Source: Myxococcales bacterium
Lineage (GTDB): Bacteria; Myxococcota; Myxococcia; Myxococcales; 40CM-4-68-19
Assembly: GCA_045802765.1 (NCBI GenBank)
Contig: JBJMQJ010000501.1
Span: 1 to 32,582 of the forward strand
Length of the DNA: 32,582 bases
Reading direction: 5' to 3'
Shown here piece by piece: positions 1-8,989 of the stretch (position 1 is its first letter; every line of letters starts with the position of its first letter). A program made the translations under genes and the position numbers. The notes under the pieces are model-generated. The model searched no databases, was not told the DNA's origin, and was given only the letters and a program-made list of their open reading frames with translations.

Positions 1-18
1 AACAAATAAAAAACACAA

Positions 19-207
19 CTATAATAAAAACACATCCACCAAATCGCTCGCGAACGCCTCCTTGGAGCGGAAGTGGTTCGTGAACGACCCCTGTGGAGCG
101 CCGGCTTCGGACACGATGTCGCGAACGCCGGCGCCGCGATAGCCGCGCTCGAACATGACCTTGCGACCCGCGTCGACGAGCTTGTCGCGATGCGATGGCT
201 TGGGCAT
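19..207 (-). CDS. TetR/AcrR family regulator, N-terminal HTH only (truncated at window edge)
   Basis: MPKPSHRDKLVDAGRKVMFERGYRGAGVRDIVSEAGAPQGSFTNHFRSKE matches the TetR HTH pattern. The frame runs into a G-free low-complexity tract and stops at 19-21. Confidence 0.85.
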   Translation of the reverse strand: MPKPSHRDKLVDAGRKVMFERGYRGAGVRDIVSEAGAPQGSFTNHFRSKEAFASDLVDVFLL

Positions 208-213
208 CACTGC

Positions 214-243
214 ACAATACGGACGTACGTATTGCGGAGTCAA
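214..243 (-). promoter_or_regulatory. sigma70-type leaderless promoter of tetR overlapped by a palindromic operator
   Basis: Minus strand reads TTGACT-N18-TATTGT-N6-ATG. The 20-bp near-perfect inverted repeat CAATACGGACGTACGTATTG (215-234) covers the spacer and -10, as expected for TetR autoregulation. Confidence 0.7.
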
Positions 244-336
244 GCGACCGCGCTGCCAGAGGCGTTCCCTTGAGCTCACTGGCGCGGGTCAGTGCTGCGG
301 GCTCACATCGAGGCCCTTACGAATTGCCAGGTTCGA

Positions 337-903
337 TCACGGCCGGGCGCGGGCGCGCGGAGCGAGGCGTGCGATCTGTTCGACCGCGGAATCGATGATG
401 TCGAAGCAAGTGTCGAAGTACGCGGGCGAAAGACCGTACGGATCTTCGAGGTGAGGGCGCGGTGGGGTGGCCCACAAGCCGAGCAGAGTCGCAGGCGCCG
501 CGGTGGCCAGCCGCGCGAGCCGCCGCAGCTGCGCCAGCTCCATCGCGAGCAGGAGATCGCCCGCCCGTATCGGCGCTGCCGACGCGCTCGTGGCGCGGTG
601 GGCGGACAGATCGACGGCGCGGGCGGCGGCGCGCTCGAGCGCGACGCAATTCGCGCCGTCGCCATCGCGCGCCGAGAGACCGAAGGAGACGCTGCGGAGT
701 CCCACGAGTCGCGCACGCGCGTCAGCGTAGGCGCTGCGGCAGATGTTCCCCTGGCAAACGAACACGAGCCGCTCGACGTCATTCCATGCCACCCGGCGCA
801 GCGGCGCGAATGCGCCGACCCAATCAAGGGTCCGCGCGACGTGGTATCGCAGCCACCCCGCACGACGCCCATACCGCGCCTGAATCGCCTGGCTCGCAGC
901 CAT
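337..903 (-). CDS. Low-molecular-weight protein tyrosine phosphatase family protein
   Basis: P-loop FVCQGNICRS (CX5R) and catalytic DPY motif (EDPYG). Confidence 0.9.
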   Translation of the reverse strand: MAASQAIQARYGRRAGWLRYHVARTLDWVGAFAPLRRVAWNDVERLVFVCQGNICRSAYADARARLVGLRSVSFGLSARDGDGANCVALERAAARAVDLSAHRATSASAAPIRAGDLLLAMELAQLRRLARLATAAPATLLGLWATPPRPHLEDPYGLSPAYFDTCFDIIDSAVEQIARLAPRARARP

Positions 904-1071
904 TCCTGCGGCCGAAGATGCGCCCGCTCGTTCTCACCTGCAACCGCGGGCGTGCGCACGCTCGTACACCCGTCGGCTTGCCCAGGCCCGTATCGGGACC
1001 CAGTTTTCCGCCAGCAGAGGGGAATCGTGCGCGTGCATCCTTGCTTAGCTGCGCCACCGCGAGCCGGTCGG

Positions 1072-2307
1072 ATGCCGACGCCCGACGTGCTCGTCCCTCA
1101 AGCGGACAGCCTGGGGACCGTAGCCGTCATCCGCTCGCTCGGCCGTGCGCACTACCGTGTCCACGCGCTATCCACCCGGGCGGATGCGTTGGGATTGCGA
1201 TCGCGGTTCGCGTACCGGAGGGTGGTCTCGCCGCCGTACTCCGACCGTGAGTACGTTCCTTGGCTGCGCGAGTACGTTCGGACGCATCGCGTGTCTGCCA
1301 TCGTGCCGTCGGAGTCGTTCATTCTCGCGCTCGGCGCCGCTCGCACCGACTTCCTCCCACTGATTCCATTCGCCCGCGACGAGCGCGTCGTGCTGGATGC
1401 GATGAGCAAGTACGCGCTGTTCGAGAACCTGCTCGAGCGGGCGGCGCCGAATCTTCCTGCCACGGTGCTCGTGCCGGATCTTCGCGTGGTCCCTTCCGAA
1501 GACGAGCTGGAGCGGTTGGGCCCTCCTCTCTACGTGAAGGTCGACGCCTGCTCGTCGCTCGACGACAGCCCGGGCGCGACGCATTACGCAAGCTCGCCGG
1601 CCGAGGCGAGAGCGGTTCTCTTCCGCCTGCAGAACAGCTATTCGCGCGCGCTGGTGCAAGGACATGTGCCCGGACACGGAGTGGGGGCGTTCTTTCTCTC
1701 TGCACGGGGCGAGATTCTCGCCGAGATGATGCATCGACGCGTACACGAGGTCCCCTACACGGGCGGCGTCTCCTCGCTACGCGAGACGTGGCGCCACGAC
1801 GCGATCCTGAACGACGCGCGCGACAAGCTTCGCGCCGCTCGTTGGGAGGGGGTCGCGATGATGGAGTACCGATGGGATCCAGCGTCGGATCGCTTCGCCT
1901 TCGTCGAAATGAACGCCCGGTTCTGGGGTTCGCTCCACCTGGCGCTGTACGCGGGTGTCGATTTCCCGCGCCTCCTGCTCGACGCCTGGCAGGGGCTGCC
2001 GGTCGCCGCTCCGCCGCCCCGATTGGGGTTGCGCTGTCGGCACCTGCCGGACGAGATTCGCCACGTTTGGTCCAAGCTCGGCGCGCGCGAGCTTCCACTC
2101 GGCGTGAAGCTCGCCGCGGCAGTCGAGTTCGTCGCGCTCGCGCTAGACCCGAGGGTACGAAGCGATCTGTGGTTCCCGGGGGACACCGCGCTTTTCTGGA
2201 GCGGGCTGGCGCAATTCGGTGCGTCGCTGAAGCGCGGAACCAACTGGCGACGCATGTTCCCGCCGTCGGGCGCCGCGGCCCCCATTCGCGTGACGGGAGA
2301 AGCCTGA
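1072..2307 (+). CDS. ATP-grasp carboxylate-amine ligase (polysaccharide-locus type)
   Basis: Motifs LYVK, LVQGHVPG, GGVSS, GVAMMEYR, EMNARFWGSL. Likely start MPTPDVLV at 1072; the upstream ORF extension is antisense to the phosphatase. Confidence 0.85.
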   Translation: MPTPDVLVPQADSLGTVAVIRSLGRAHYRVHALSTRADALGLRSRFAYRRVVSPPYSDREYVPWLREYVRTHRVSAIVPSESFILALGAARTDFLPLIPFARDERVVLDAMSKYALFENLLERAAPNLPATVLVPDLRVVPSEDELERLGPPLYVKVDACSSLDDSPGATHYASSPAEARAVLFRLQNSYSRALVQGHVPGHGVGAFFLSARGEILAEMMHRRVHEVPYTGGVSSLRETWRHDAILNDARDKLRAARWEGVAMMEYRWDPASDRFAFVEMNARFWGSLHLALYAGVDFPRLLLDAWQGLPVAAPPPRLGLRCRHLPDEIRHVWSKLGARELPLGVKLAAAVEFVALALDPRVRSDLWFPGDTALFWSGLAQFGASLKRGTNWRRMFPPSGAAAPIRVTGEA

Positions 2308-3434
2308 TGCGCGGCAAGCTGATGGCGTACAGGATCGGAAAGGCGCTCGGGTTGTTCTCGCTCTCGCGGTTGTTGACGAGGCGGAAACTGCGAATCCTCG
2401 CCTACCACGGCGTCGAGCTGTGCGACGAGGGCCGCTTCAGCCCGTCGATGTTCATCCGTGCCGGCACGCTCGCGGCGCGCCTCGAGCTGCTCCGGCGCCG
2501 GTATCCCGTGCTGCCGCTCGGCGAAGCGGTGCGGCGCCTCAAGGACGGCACGCTTCCGCCCTGTGCCGTTGCCATCACCATCGACGACGGCTTCCACAGC
2601 ACGGCCGCGGCCGCGGTGCCATTGCTGCGCGCAGCGGGCCTGCCGGCGACGGTGTACGTGACGACCTACTACGTGCAGCGCGACGTGCCGGTGTTCCGGC
2701 TGGCAATGCAGTATTGCTTCTGGAAGACCCGCTCGCGTTTGCTCGACGTCGCAAAGCTGGGCACCGGCGTCGACGGCGCGGTTGCGCTAGACGCCGATGC
2801 GGCGAAATCCGAGATCGTGTGGGAGCTGATCAATTACGGCGAACGGCATCTCGACGAGAAGGGGCGGACCACGCTCCTCGAGGCGACGGCAGCGCAGCTC
2901 GGCGTGGATCTTGCGCCACTGCTGCACCACCGATTCCTGCACCTCATGACGCCGGACGAGTTGCGCGCTGCGGCTTCCACGGTCGACGTTCAGCTCCATA
3001 CGCATCGGCACCGATTCCCCGATGATCCCCTGCAGGCCCGCTCCGAGGTCGAGGAGAACCGCAGGGCGCTCGCGACGCTCGTCGACCAGCCGCTCGTGCA
3101 TCTGTGTTATCCGAGCGGATTCTGGTCAGAAGACCTGTTTCCAGCGCTGGCCGCCGCCGGCATCGAGACCGCCACGACGTGCGAAGGCGGTTTCAATGGA
3201 CCCGACGTTCATCCGTACGCCCTGCAGCGATTTTTCGACGGCGAGCACATCACGGCGCTGGAGTTCGAGGCAGAGCTGTCCGGCCTTGGCGAGCTTCTGC
3301 GCGCGATCGCGAGCTGGCTAGGCCGCGCGCGCCCGCGGGTGCACATCGATGAAGCCGATCGCCGCCGGGGATACCCGGCGGGTCATGGACGAACGATTCT
3401 CGAACGCGGCGTGCCCACGAAGGTCCCGGCGTGA
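2307..3434 (+). CDS. Polysaccharide deacetylase (CE4/NodB family)
   Basis: ILAYHG, TIDDG, HTHRH and YPSG motifs. ATG overlaps the upstream TGA (TGATG coupling at 2305-2309). Confidence 0.88.
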   Translation: MRGKLMAYRIGKALGLFSLSRLLTRRKLRILAYHGVELCDEGRFSPSMFIRAGTLAARLELLRRRYPVLPLGEAVRRLKDGTLPPCAVAITIDDGFHSTAAAAVPLLRAAGLPATVYVTTYYVQRDVPVFRLAMQYCFWKTRSRLLDVAKLGTGVDGAVALDADAAKSEIVWELINYGERHLDEKGRTTLLEATAAQLGVDLAPLLHHRFLHLMTPDELRAAASTVDVQLHTHRHRFPDDPLQARSEVEENRRALATLVDQPLVHLCYPSGFWSEDLFPALAAAGIETATTCEGGFNGPDVHPYALQRFFDGEHITALEFEAELSGLGELLRAIASWLGRARPRVHIDEADRRRGYPAGHGRTILERGVPTKVPA

Positions 3435-3454
3435 GCGTCACGGCGTAGGCGCGG

Positions 3455-3589
3455 TCACTCGAACACGCGGCGGGGAAATCCCTGACCATCCTCGCCTCCG
3501 AAGAGAAGCACCTTGCCGTCCACCAGCAGCGTCGCAGTCACGCCCATCCAGGCCGGGTCCAGTCGACGGCCCGCGGTCCACTTCCCCGT
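3455..3589 (-). pseudogene. C-terminal remnant of a Kelch-repeat protein
   Basis: My translation is TGKWTAGRRLDPAWMGVTATLLVDGKVLLFGGEDGQGFPRRVFE*, containing the Kelch blade signature W...ATLLxDGKVLxxGG. No upstream body of the gene is present. Confidence 0.7.
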
Positions 3590-3607
3590 GACGTTCGCGC
3601 GAGATCG

Positions 3608-3832
3608 TCAGGCCTTCGGCGCGATGTGCTCCGTGTAAGCCGGATTCCGATGATTCTGATCCGGGTTGTGCGCGTCCCAGCACTCGGCCGAGCAGAAGTA
3701 GAGCTGGAACCGTTTCCGGTTGCACGTCGAGACCACGCACTTCAAGTACTGCCCGCCGAAGGCGATCGCCTTCTTGCACACGCTGCACTTCTGCCAGAAC
3801 GTCCGCGGCTCGGGCACGTCAGCCATGGCCAC
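3608..3832 (-). CDS. Small Cys/His-rich zinc-finger protein (ZZ-like)
   Basis: WQKCSVC...CVVSTC...FCSAECWDAH...H gives six Cys plus His ligands. Start is GTG 3832 or ATG 3826. Confidence 0.75.
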   Translation of the reverse strand: MAMADVPEPRTFWQKCSVCKKAIAFGGQYLKCVVSTCNRKRFQLYFCSAECWDAHNPDQNHRNPAYTEHIAPKA

Positions 3833-3979
3833 ATCCTGCTCGCGACTTCTTCACGGGCGCCTTTTACCACGCAACGTGCCAGATGCCGGACGCAACGGTT
3901 CCGATGGCTCGGCATCGCGGATCCGAGCGGTGAAGGTGCCTCGGTCGCCAGAGCCGTATCGGTTACCATCGCCGCGACG

Positions 3980-6631
3980 ATGCCTTCCCCGCTCGAGTTC
4001 CAGCTCCCCGAGCCTGGCTCTCCTCCGCTCGCGCCCGACGAGGTCCTTTCGCGCTTCGTCGCGGCGGCCAGCGCGCAGGGAATCGAGCTGTACCCGGCGC
4101 AGGAGGAGGCGATCCTCGAGCTGCTCGCCGGCAAGCACGTGGTGCTCGGGACTCCGACCGGCTCGGGCAAGTCGCTGGTCGCGCAGGCGCTCCATTTCTC
4201 CTCTCTCTGCCGCGGGCAGATCAGCGTCTACACCGCGCCCACCAAGGCGCTCGTCAACGAGAAGTTCTTCCAGCTCTGCGACGCGTTCGGAGCGAAGCGC
4301 ATCGGTCTGCTCACCGGCGACGGAGCGGTGAATGCCGAGGCGCCGGTGCTCTGCTGCACGGCGGAGGTGCTGATGAACCGCGTGCTGCGCGACCCCAAGC
4401 TCCGCGCCGACTCCGTCGTCATGGACGAGTTCCACTACTACGCCGACAAGGAGCGCGGCGTGGCGTGGCAGTTGCCCCTCCTCGCCTTGCCGGGCACCCA
4501 ATTCCTGCTCATGAGCGCGACGCTCGGCGATACGAGCACGATCGAGAAGGCGCTCGAGATGGCGACGAGCCGCGAGAGCGCGCACGTCGCGAGCGCCGTC
4601 CGGCCGGTCCCGCTCGAGTTCGAGTGGCGCGAATCGCCGCTGCACGAAACGCTGGAAGACCTTGTGGAGCGCGCGCGCGCGCCCGTCTACCTCGTCAACT
4701 TCAGCCAGCGCGCGGCCGCCGAGCGGGCGCAGGACCTCATGTCCTCGGACTTCTCCAGCAAGGAGGAGAAGGAGGCGCTGAAGGCCGCCACCGAGGGCAT
4801 CCGCTTCGAGACTCCGTACGGAAAGGAGTTCTTGAAGTTCCTCCGCCACGGAATCGGCGTGCACCATGGCGGGCTGTTGCCCAGGTATCGGCTGCTGGTG
4901 GAGAAGTTGGCGCAGCAGGGGCTGCTCCACGTCGTCAGCGGCACCGATACGCTCGGGGTGGGGGTCAACATTCCCATCCGCACCGTCCTCTTCACGCAGC
5001 TGTTCAAGTTCGATGGCGAGAAGCTCGGGCTGCTCTCCGTCCGGGAATTCCGCCAGATCGCCGGACGGGCGGGGCGCAAGGGATTCGACGTCCGCGGCTA
5101 CGTGGTCGCGCAAGCGCCCGAGCACGTCATCGAGAACAAGAAGCTCGAGGCAAAGGCCGCGCAGGGCAGGAAAGTGCAGAAGAAGCAGCCGCCGCAGAAA
5201 GGATATGTGCCGTATGACAAGGCGACCTTCGAGCGCCTGCAGGAGAAGCCGCCCGAGCCACTGGAGAGCCGCTTCCAGGTCACGCACGGGATGATCCTCC
5301 ACCTGCTGCAGGCCGAGCAGGAGACGAGCGCGCGCGACGGCCGTGGGCCGCAGGGATACGCGCGATTGGTCCAGCTCATCCGCAAGAGCCATGGGCACGA
5401 AGGCAACAAGCGGCTCCACCTGCGCGGCGCGGCCGAGAAGCTGCGCACGCTGCGCAAGGCAGGTGTCGTCGAGCTGGTGCGCGGCAGCGAGTGGCTCGCG
5501 CCGCACCTGCGGGTCGGCGCGCACTTGCAAGAGGACTTCTCGCTCAACCACACCCTGGCGCTCTGGCTCTACGACACCTTGCCGCGCCTCGACCGCGCCG
5601 TCGAGACGTATGCCCGCGACGTGCTCACGCTGGTGGAGAGCATCCTGGAAGATCCGCAGTCGGTCCTCTGGGCGCAGCTCGACCGCGCCAAGGGGGAAGC
5701 GATCGCCGAGATGAAGGCGCGTGGCATGGACTATGCCGACCGCATGGCCGAGTTGGAGAAGGTGGAGCACCCCAAGCCGCTGCGCGACTTCGTCTACGAC
5801 ACGTTCAACGCCTTCGCCGACGCGCATCCGTGGGTCGGCGCGGAGAACATCCGGCCCAAGAGCGTCGCGCGGGAGATGTTCGAGACATTTGCGACCTTCA
5901 ACGAGTACGTGCGCGACCTGTCGCTCCAGCGCAGCGAGGGACAGCTCCTGCGCTACCTGACCGACGCGTACAAGACGCTGGTCCAGAGCGTGCCGGAGGA
6001 GGCGCGCGACGAGGAGCTCGAGGAGATCATCGCCCATCTCAGGCACATCGTGCGCGGCGTGGACTCGAGCTTGCTCGACGAGTGGGAAGCGATGATGGAC
6101 CCTGCCTCCCCGCGGCTCGCGCGACCTGGCGCTACGAGCGTGGCTCCGGCGCGTCCGCAGGACGAGACGGAGATGTTGCTGCGCGATCCGAGGCGCCGGG
6201 TGGCGCGTGTGCGCAGCGAGCTGCACCGGCTGCTTGCCGCGCTGGCGAAGAAAGACTGGGAGGAGGCGCTGCGGGCGATCTTCGCGCGGGACGGCGCCGA
6301 GCCGTGGTCTCCCGAGCGCCTCGCGCGGGAGGTTGCGCCTTACTTCGCCGCGCACGCCACCGTCGACTTGACCCCGCGCGCGCGCCGCCCGGACCGGACG
6401 GTCCTGACAGAGGACGGTCCCAAGGCATGGCGCGCGCAGCAGCGCTTCGGCCCACCTCCGAGGGCGTTGACTGCGCACGAGGCGCTCGCGGCCGATCCGG
6501 ACGGTTCCGCTCAGGCCGAGGCGCTGAGCGAAGTCGACAGCGCCGACTGGACGCTGGAGTGTCTGGTGGACCTCGGCGAGGAGCGAGCGGCGGATGCGCC
6601 GCTCATCGAGCTGGTCCGGATCGGCACCTGA
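3980..6631 (+). CDS. Ski2-like DEAD/DEAH-box helicase with DUF3516-type C-terminal domain
   Basis: LYPAQ (Q motif), GTPTGSGKS, PTKALVNEK, DEFH, MSAT, HHGGL, QIAGRAGR; C-terminal SEGQLLRYLTDAYK and VDSSLLDEWE segments. Confidence 0.9.
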   Translation: MPSPLEFQLPEPGSPPLAPDEVLSRFVAAASAQGIELYPAQEEAILELLAGKHVVLGTPTGSGKSLVAQALHFSSLCRGQISVYTAPTKALVNEKFFQLCDAFGAKRIGLLTGDGAVNAEAPVLCCTAEVLMNRVLRDPKLRADSVVMDEFHYYADKERGVAWQLPLLALPGTQFLLMSATLGDTSTIEKALEMATSRESAHVASAVRPVPLEFEWRESPLHETLEDLVERARAPVYLVNFSQRAAAERAQDLMSSDFSSKEEKEALKAATEGIRFETPYGKEFLKFLRHGIGVHHGGLLPRYRLLVEKLAQQGLLHVVSGTDTLGVGVNIPIRTVLFTQLFKFDGEKLGLLSVREFRQIAGRAGRKGFDVRGYVVAQAPEHVIENKKLEAKAAQGRKVQKKQPPQKGYVPYDKATFERLQEKPPEPLESRFQVTHGMILHLLQAEQETSARDGRGPQGYARLVQLIRKSHGHEGNKRLHLRGAAEKLRTLRKAGVVELVRGSEWLAPHLRVGAHLQEDFSLNHTLALWLYDTLPRLDRAVETYARDVLTLVESILEDPQSVLWAQLDRAKGEAIAEMKARGMDYADRMAELEKVEHPKPLRDFVYDTFNAFADAHPWVGAENIRPKSVAREMFETFATFNEYVRDLSLQRSEGQLLRYLTDAYKTLVQSVPEEARDEELEEIIAHLRHIVRGVDSSLLDEWEAMMDPASPRLARPGATSVAPARPQDETEMLLRDPRRRVARVRSELHRLLAALAKKDWEEALRAIFARDGAEPWSPERLAREVAPYFAAHATVDLTPRARRPDRTVLTEDGPKAWRAQQRFGPPPRALTAHEALAADPDGSAQAEALSEVDSADWTLECLVDLGEERAADAPLIELVRIGT

Positions 6632-6747
6632 CGCGCGTGTGGTCCCTTTCCACGCCAGCGAGCGGCTGAACGGCGTCGTGCCTCCGAACGGCGGGATCGT
6701 CGTACGCGTTCTGATGGGTGTCCAGGCGACCCGGGGGTGCCGCGTTC

Positions 6748-6763
6748 TGCTAGGCTGACCGCG
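6748..6763 (+). promoter_or_regulatory. Extended -10 leaderless promoter of cupin gene
   Basis: TGc-TAGGCT-N7-ATG with no Shine-Dalgarno. Confidence 0.5.
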
Positions 6764-7243
6764 ATGGCAACTCCAACATACCGTCTTGCTATCGTCGCAG
6801 ACGAAGCGCCCCTCAGAACGAAGGCGTCGAACTACCCCGAGCCGTTCGCATCCCAAATGGCCGGTAGGCGAAAGCAACCGTTGGGCGACTTGTTTGGTCT
6901 CACGAACTTCGGGGTGAATCTGACGCGGCTTGCTCCCCGGGCGGTGTCGGCGCTGCGCCACGCTCACACCAAGCAAGACGAGTTCGTGTACATCTTGCAG
7001 GGCCATCCGACGCTTCATACCGACGAAGGTCGAACGAGGCTCTCGCCGGGCATGTGTGCTGGGTTCAAGGCGGGTACTGGCAACGGCCACCGATTGATCA
7101 ACGAAACCGAGGAAGAGGTCATCTACCTCGAAGTGGGAGACAGAACGCCTGGCGATGAAGGCAGCTACCCGGACGACGACCTCAAGGCAGCGATGGTGGA
7201 TGGAAAGTGGAAGTTCGTGCACAAGGATGGCTCGCAGTACTGA
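6764..7243 (+). CDS. Cupin domain protein
   Basis: SALRHAHTKQDEFVYILQG and GFKAGTGNGHRLIN cupin metal motifs; YLEVGDR...YPDDDL tail. Confidence 0.9.
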   Translation: MATPTYRLAIVADEAPLRTKASNYPEPFASQMAGRRKQPLGDLFGLTNFGVNLTRLAPRAVSALRHAHTKQDEFVYILQGHPTLHTDEGRTRLSPGMCAGFKAGTGNGHRLINETEEEVIYLEVGDRTPGDEGSYPDDDLKAAMVDGKWKFVHKDGSQY

Positions 7244-7255
7244 TCGGGCTGGACA

Positions 7256-8953
7256 CTACATTCCCAGGCGTTCCCTGACGTACTTGGGTGCGGCGTTGCC
7301 GAAGGAAAGCATGGCGTCGTGCAGCGAGCGCAGGTCGGGGTACTTGCCGTGGTTCTTCTCCCATGCGGCGCGAATGTCGTTCATCTCCGCATTGCCCACG
7401 TAGTAGGTGGAGAGCTGGGTCGAGCTGAGCCTGGCGCGCTTCCACTTCCCCACGGCTTCACCGTCCTCCTGGAAAGCGTCGTTCTTCATCCTCGCGATCG
7501 CTTCCTGCTCGCTCATGCCCTCGGTGTGGATCTTCTGATCGATGATGGCATTGAGAATCATCCGCAGGCGCATCTTGAGCTGCTGCATGCGCACTTCGGG
7601 TCCTCCGTATCCGGCGTCCGCCATCAATTGCTCCGCGTAAGTCGCCCAGCCCTCCACGAAGGTGCCGGAAAAGACCACCGCGCGCACCAGCGTCGGCGCC
7701 CGGAAGCGGTTCGCGTGCGCCAGCTGGAGATAGTGTCCAGGCATCGCCTCGTGGATGGTCAAGTCCTGCAGCATGGAATCGTTGTACTCGCGGAAGAACG
7801 ACTCCACGCGCTCTCGAGGCCAGTCCTCAGGCGTAGGCGAAATGTAATAGAAGGTCTTCCTGTTCTTCTCCAGCGGGCCGGCCGGGCTGCAAGACGCGAC
7901 CGCCACCCCGCGCTGGAACTCGGGCGTAGGGACGATCTCGAGCGGCTCGTCGTACACGGTGACGAAGCGCTTCTCCTTCACGAACGCGGTGGTCTCCGCC
8001 AGCGTCCTCGTCGCCTGCGGGATGATCGTCTCGTTGGTCGGGTGCTTCTTCGCCGCCTCGTCGAGCACGGCCTTGATCGCGACCGCCTGATCGAGCGGCA
8101 CCGGCTTGTCCGGGAACCGCTTTGGCCAGAGCTGCACGGCGGTGTGGTACATCGCCGACCGCGTCGACTTCAGATCGGCTTCCGCCCGGCGGAGGATCTC
8201 CTCTTTCGAGAGATCGGAGTCGAGCGCGAACCGCAGCTTCTTGCGGAACTTCTCGTCCCCGAGGCGGAAGTCCCCGTTCGAGCGCGTCAGGAGATCCTTC
8301 TCCAGCCACTGCTGGTAGTCCGCGAGTGCCTCGAGTGCCGCCGACTGCGCCGTCCGGAACTCCTTCTCCAGCGCCGGTGCCTGCTTCACCAGAGGTTCGA
8401 TCTGCTCCTTGACGAGATTCGTCGTCCCCTTGTTCTGTTGGATGGCCGTCTCGGTATGCACCCTGGGCGGATTCTTCAGATTCGCCTTTGCCGCCGCGAC
8501 GACCGCCGGAACTCCGTTCAGGCGGCCGATGACCGACCGCAGTCGCTGCTCCGGCGGGGCGAACTCGCGGGCGACCAGCGCGTAGATCGCGCGGCCCACG
8601 TTGTAGTTGAGCGGGTTCCACTGCCAGTCGCGCAGCGTCCGCAGCTCGTACACCTCCGACTCGAGCCGGTTCTTCAGGATGCGGTAATCGACCGCGTCCT
8701 CGGGGGAAAGTGTCGTCGAATCGATGCGCGCCAGCTCCGCGAGTCCGCCCTTGGCCGCCGCCAGATCGCGCTCCACTCCCTGCGCGCTGTAATCGTTGAG
8801 CCGCGCGTCGTTGCGATGCTCACCAAGCCGGGTCGCGGTCTCCGGTTCGCGGTCGAGAAGCTCCTGGACGTACTTCTGCGCGAACGCCTCGAAGCGGGCG
8901 TCTTCGGTTCCGGGAGCGGCAGCCAGCAGCAGGAGGCAAGCGAGCAGGTTCAT
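7256..8953 (-). CDS. DUF885 family secreted protein (predicted metallopeptidase-like)
   Basis: Signal peptide; PETATRLG, HEAMPGHYLQ, FVEGWATYAE and QLSTYYVG motifs characteristic of DUF885. Confidence 0.9.
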   Translation of the reverse strand: MNLLACLLLLAAAPGTEDARFEAFAQKYVQELLDREPETATRLGEHRNDARLNDYSAQGVERDLAAAKGGLAELARIDSTTLSPEDAVDYRILKNRLESEVYELRTLRDWQWNPLNYNVGRAIYALVAREFAPPEQRLRSVIGRLNGVPAVVAAAKANLKNPPRVHTETAIQQNKGTTNLVKEQIEPLVKQAPALEKEFRTAQSAALEALADYQQWLEKDLLTRSNGDFRLGDEKFRKKLRFALDSDLSKEEILRRAEADLKSTRSAMYHTAVQLWPKRFPDKPVPLDQAVAIKAVLDEAAKKHPTNETIIPQATRTLAETTAFVKEKRFVTVYDEPLEIVPTPEFQRGVAVASCSPAGPLEKNRKTFYYISPTPEDWPRERVESFFREYNDSMLQDLTIHEAMPGHYLQLAHANRFRAPTLVRAVVFSGTFVEGWATYAEQLMADAGYGGPEVRMQQLKMRLRMILNAIIDQKIHTEGMSEQEAIARMKNDAFQEDGEAVGKWKRARLSSTQLSTYYVGNAEMNDIRAAWEKNHGKYPDLRSLHDAMLSFGNAAPKYVRERLGM

Positions 8954-8969
8954 GCGGCGGACCCTAGCA
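8954..8969 (-). promoter_or_regulatory. Extended -10 leaderless promoter of DUF885 gene
   Basis: Minus strand TGc-TAGGGT-N7-ATG, no SD. Confidence 0.5.
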
Positions 8970-8989
8970 GCTGCGGAGATTCCCCGAAC

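Noticed and set aside
292-1071. N-terminal extensions of the ATP-grasp ORF (from 292), deacetylase ORF (from 1260), helicase ORF (from 3626) and beta-barrel ORF (from 24019)
   Set aside because: They overlap other real genes and are Arg/Pro-rich nonsense. Downstream starts with coupling or promoter signals are more plausible.
6638-6757. Possible coding remnant VVPFHASERLNGVVPPNGGIVVRV... between helicase and cupin
   Set aside because: No recognisable motif and mixed codon pattern; insufficient support.
3851-7222. 1123-aa minus-strand ORF and other long antisense/alternate-frame ORFs (e.g. 7319-9082, 15362-16879, 19203-20954, 24875-26833, 29225-31081)
   Set aside because: Shadow ORFs of high-GC genes. 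They have no motifs and fully overlap well-supported CDSs.
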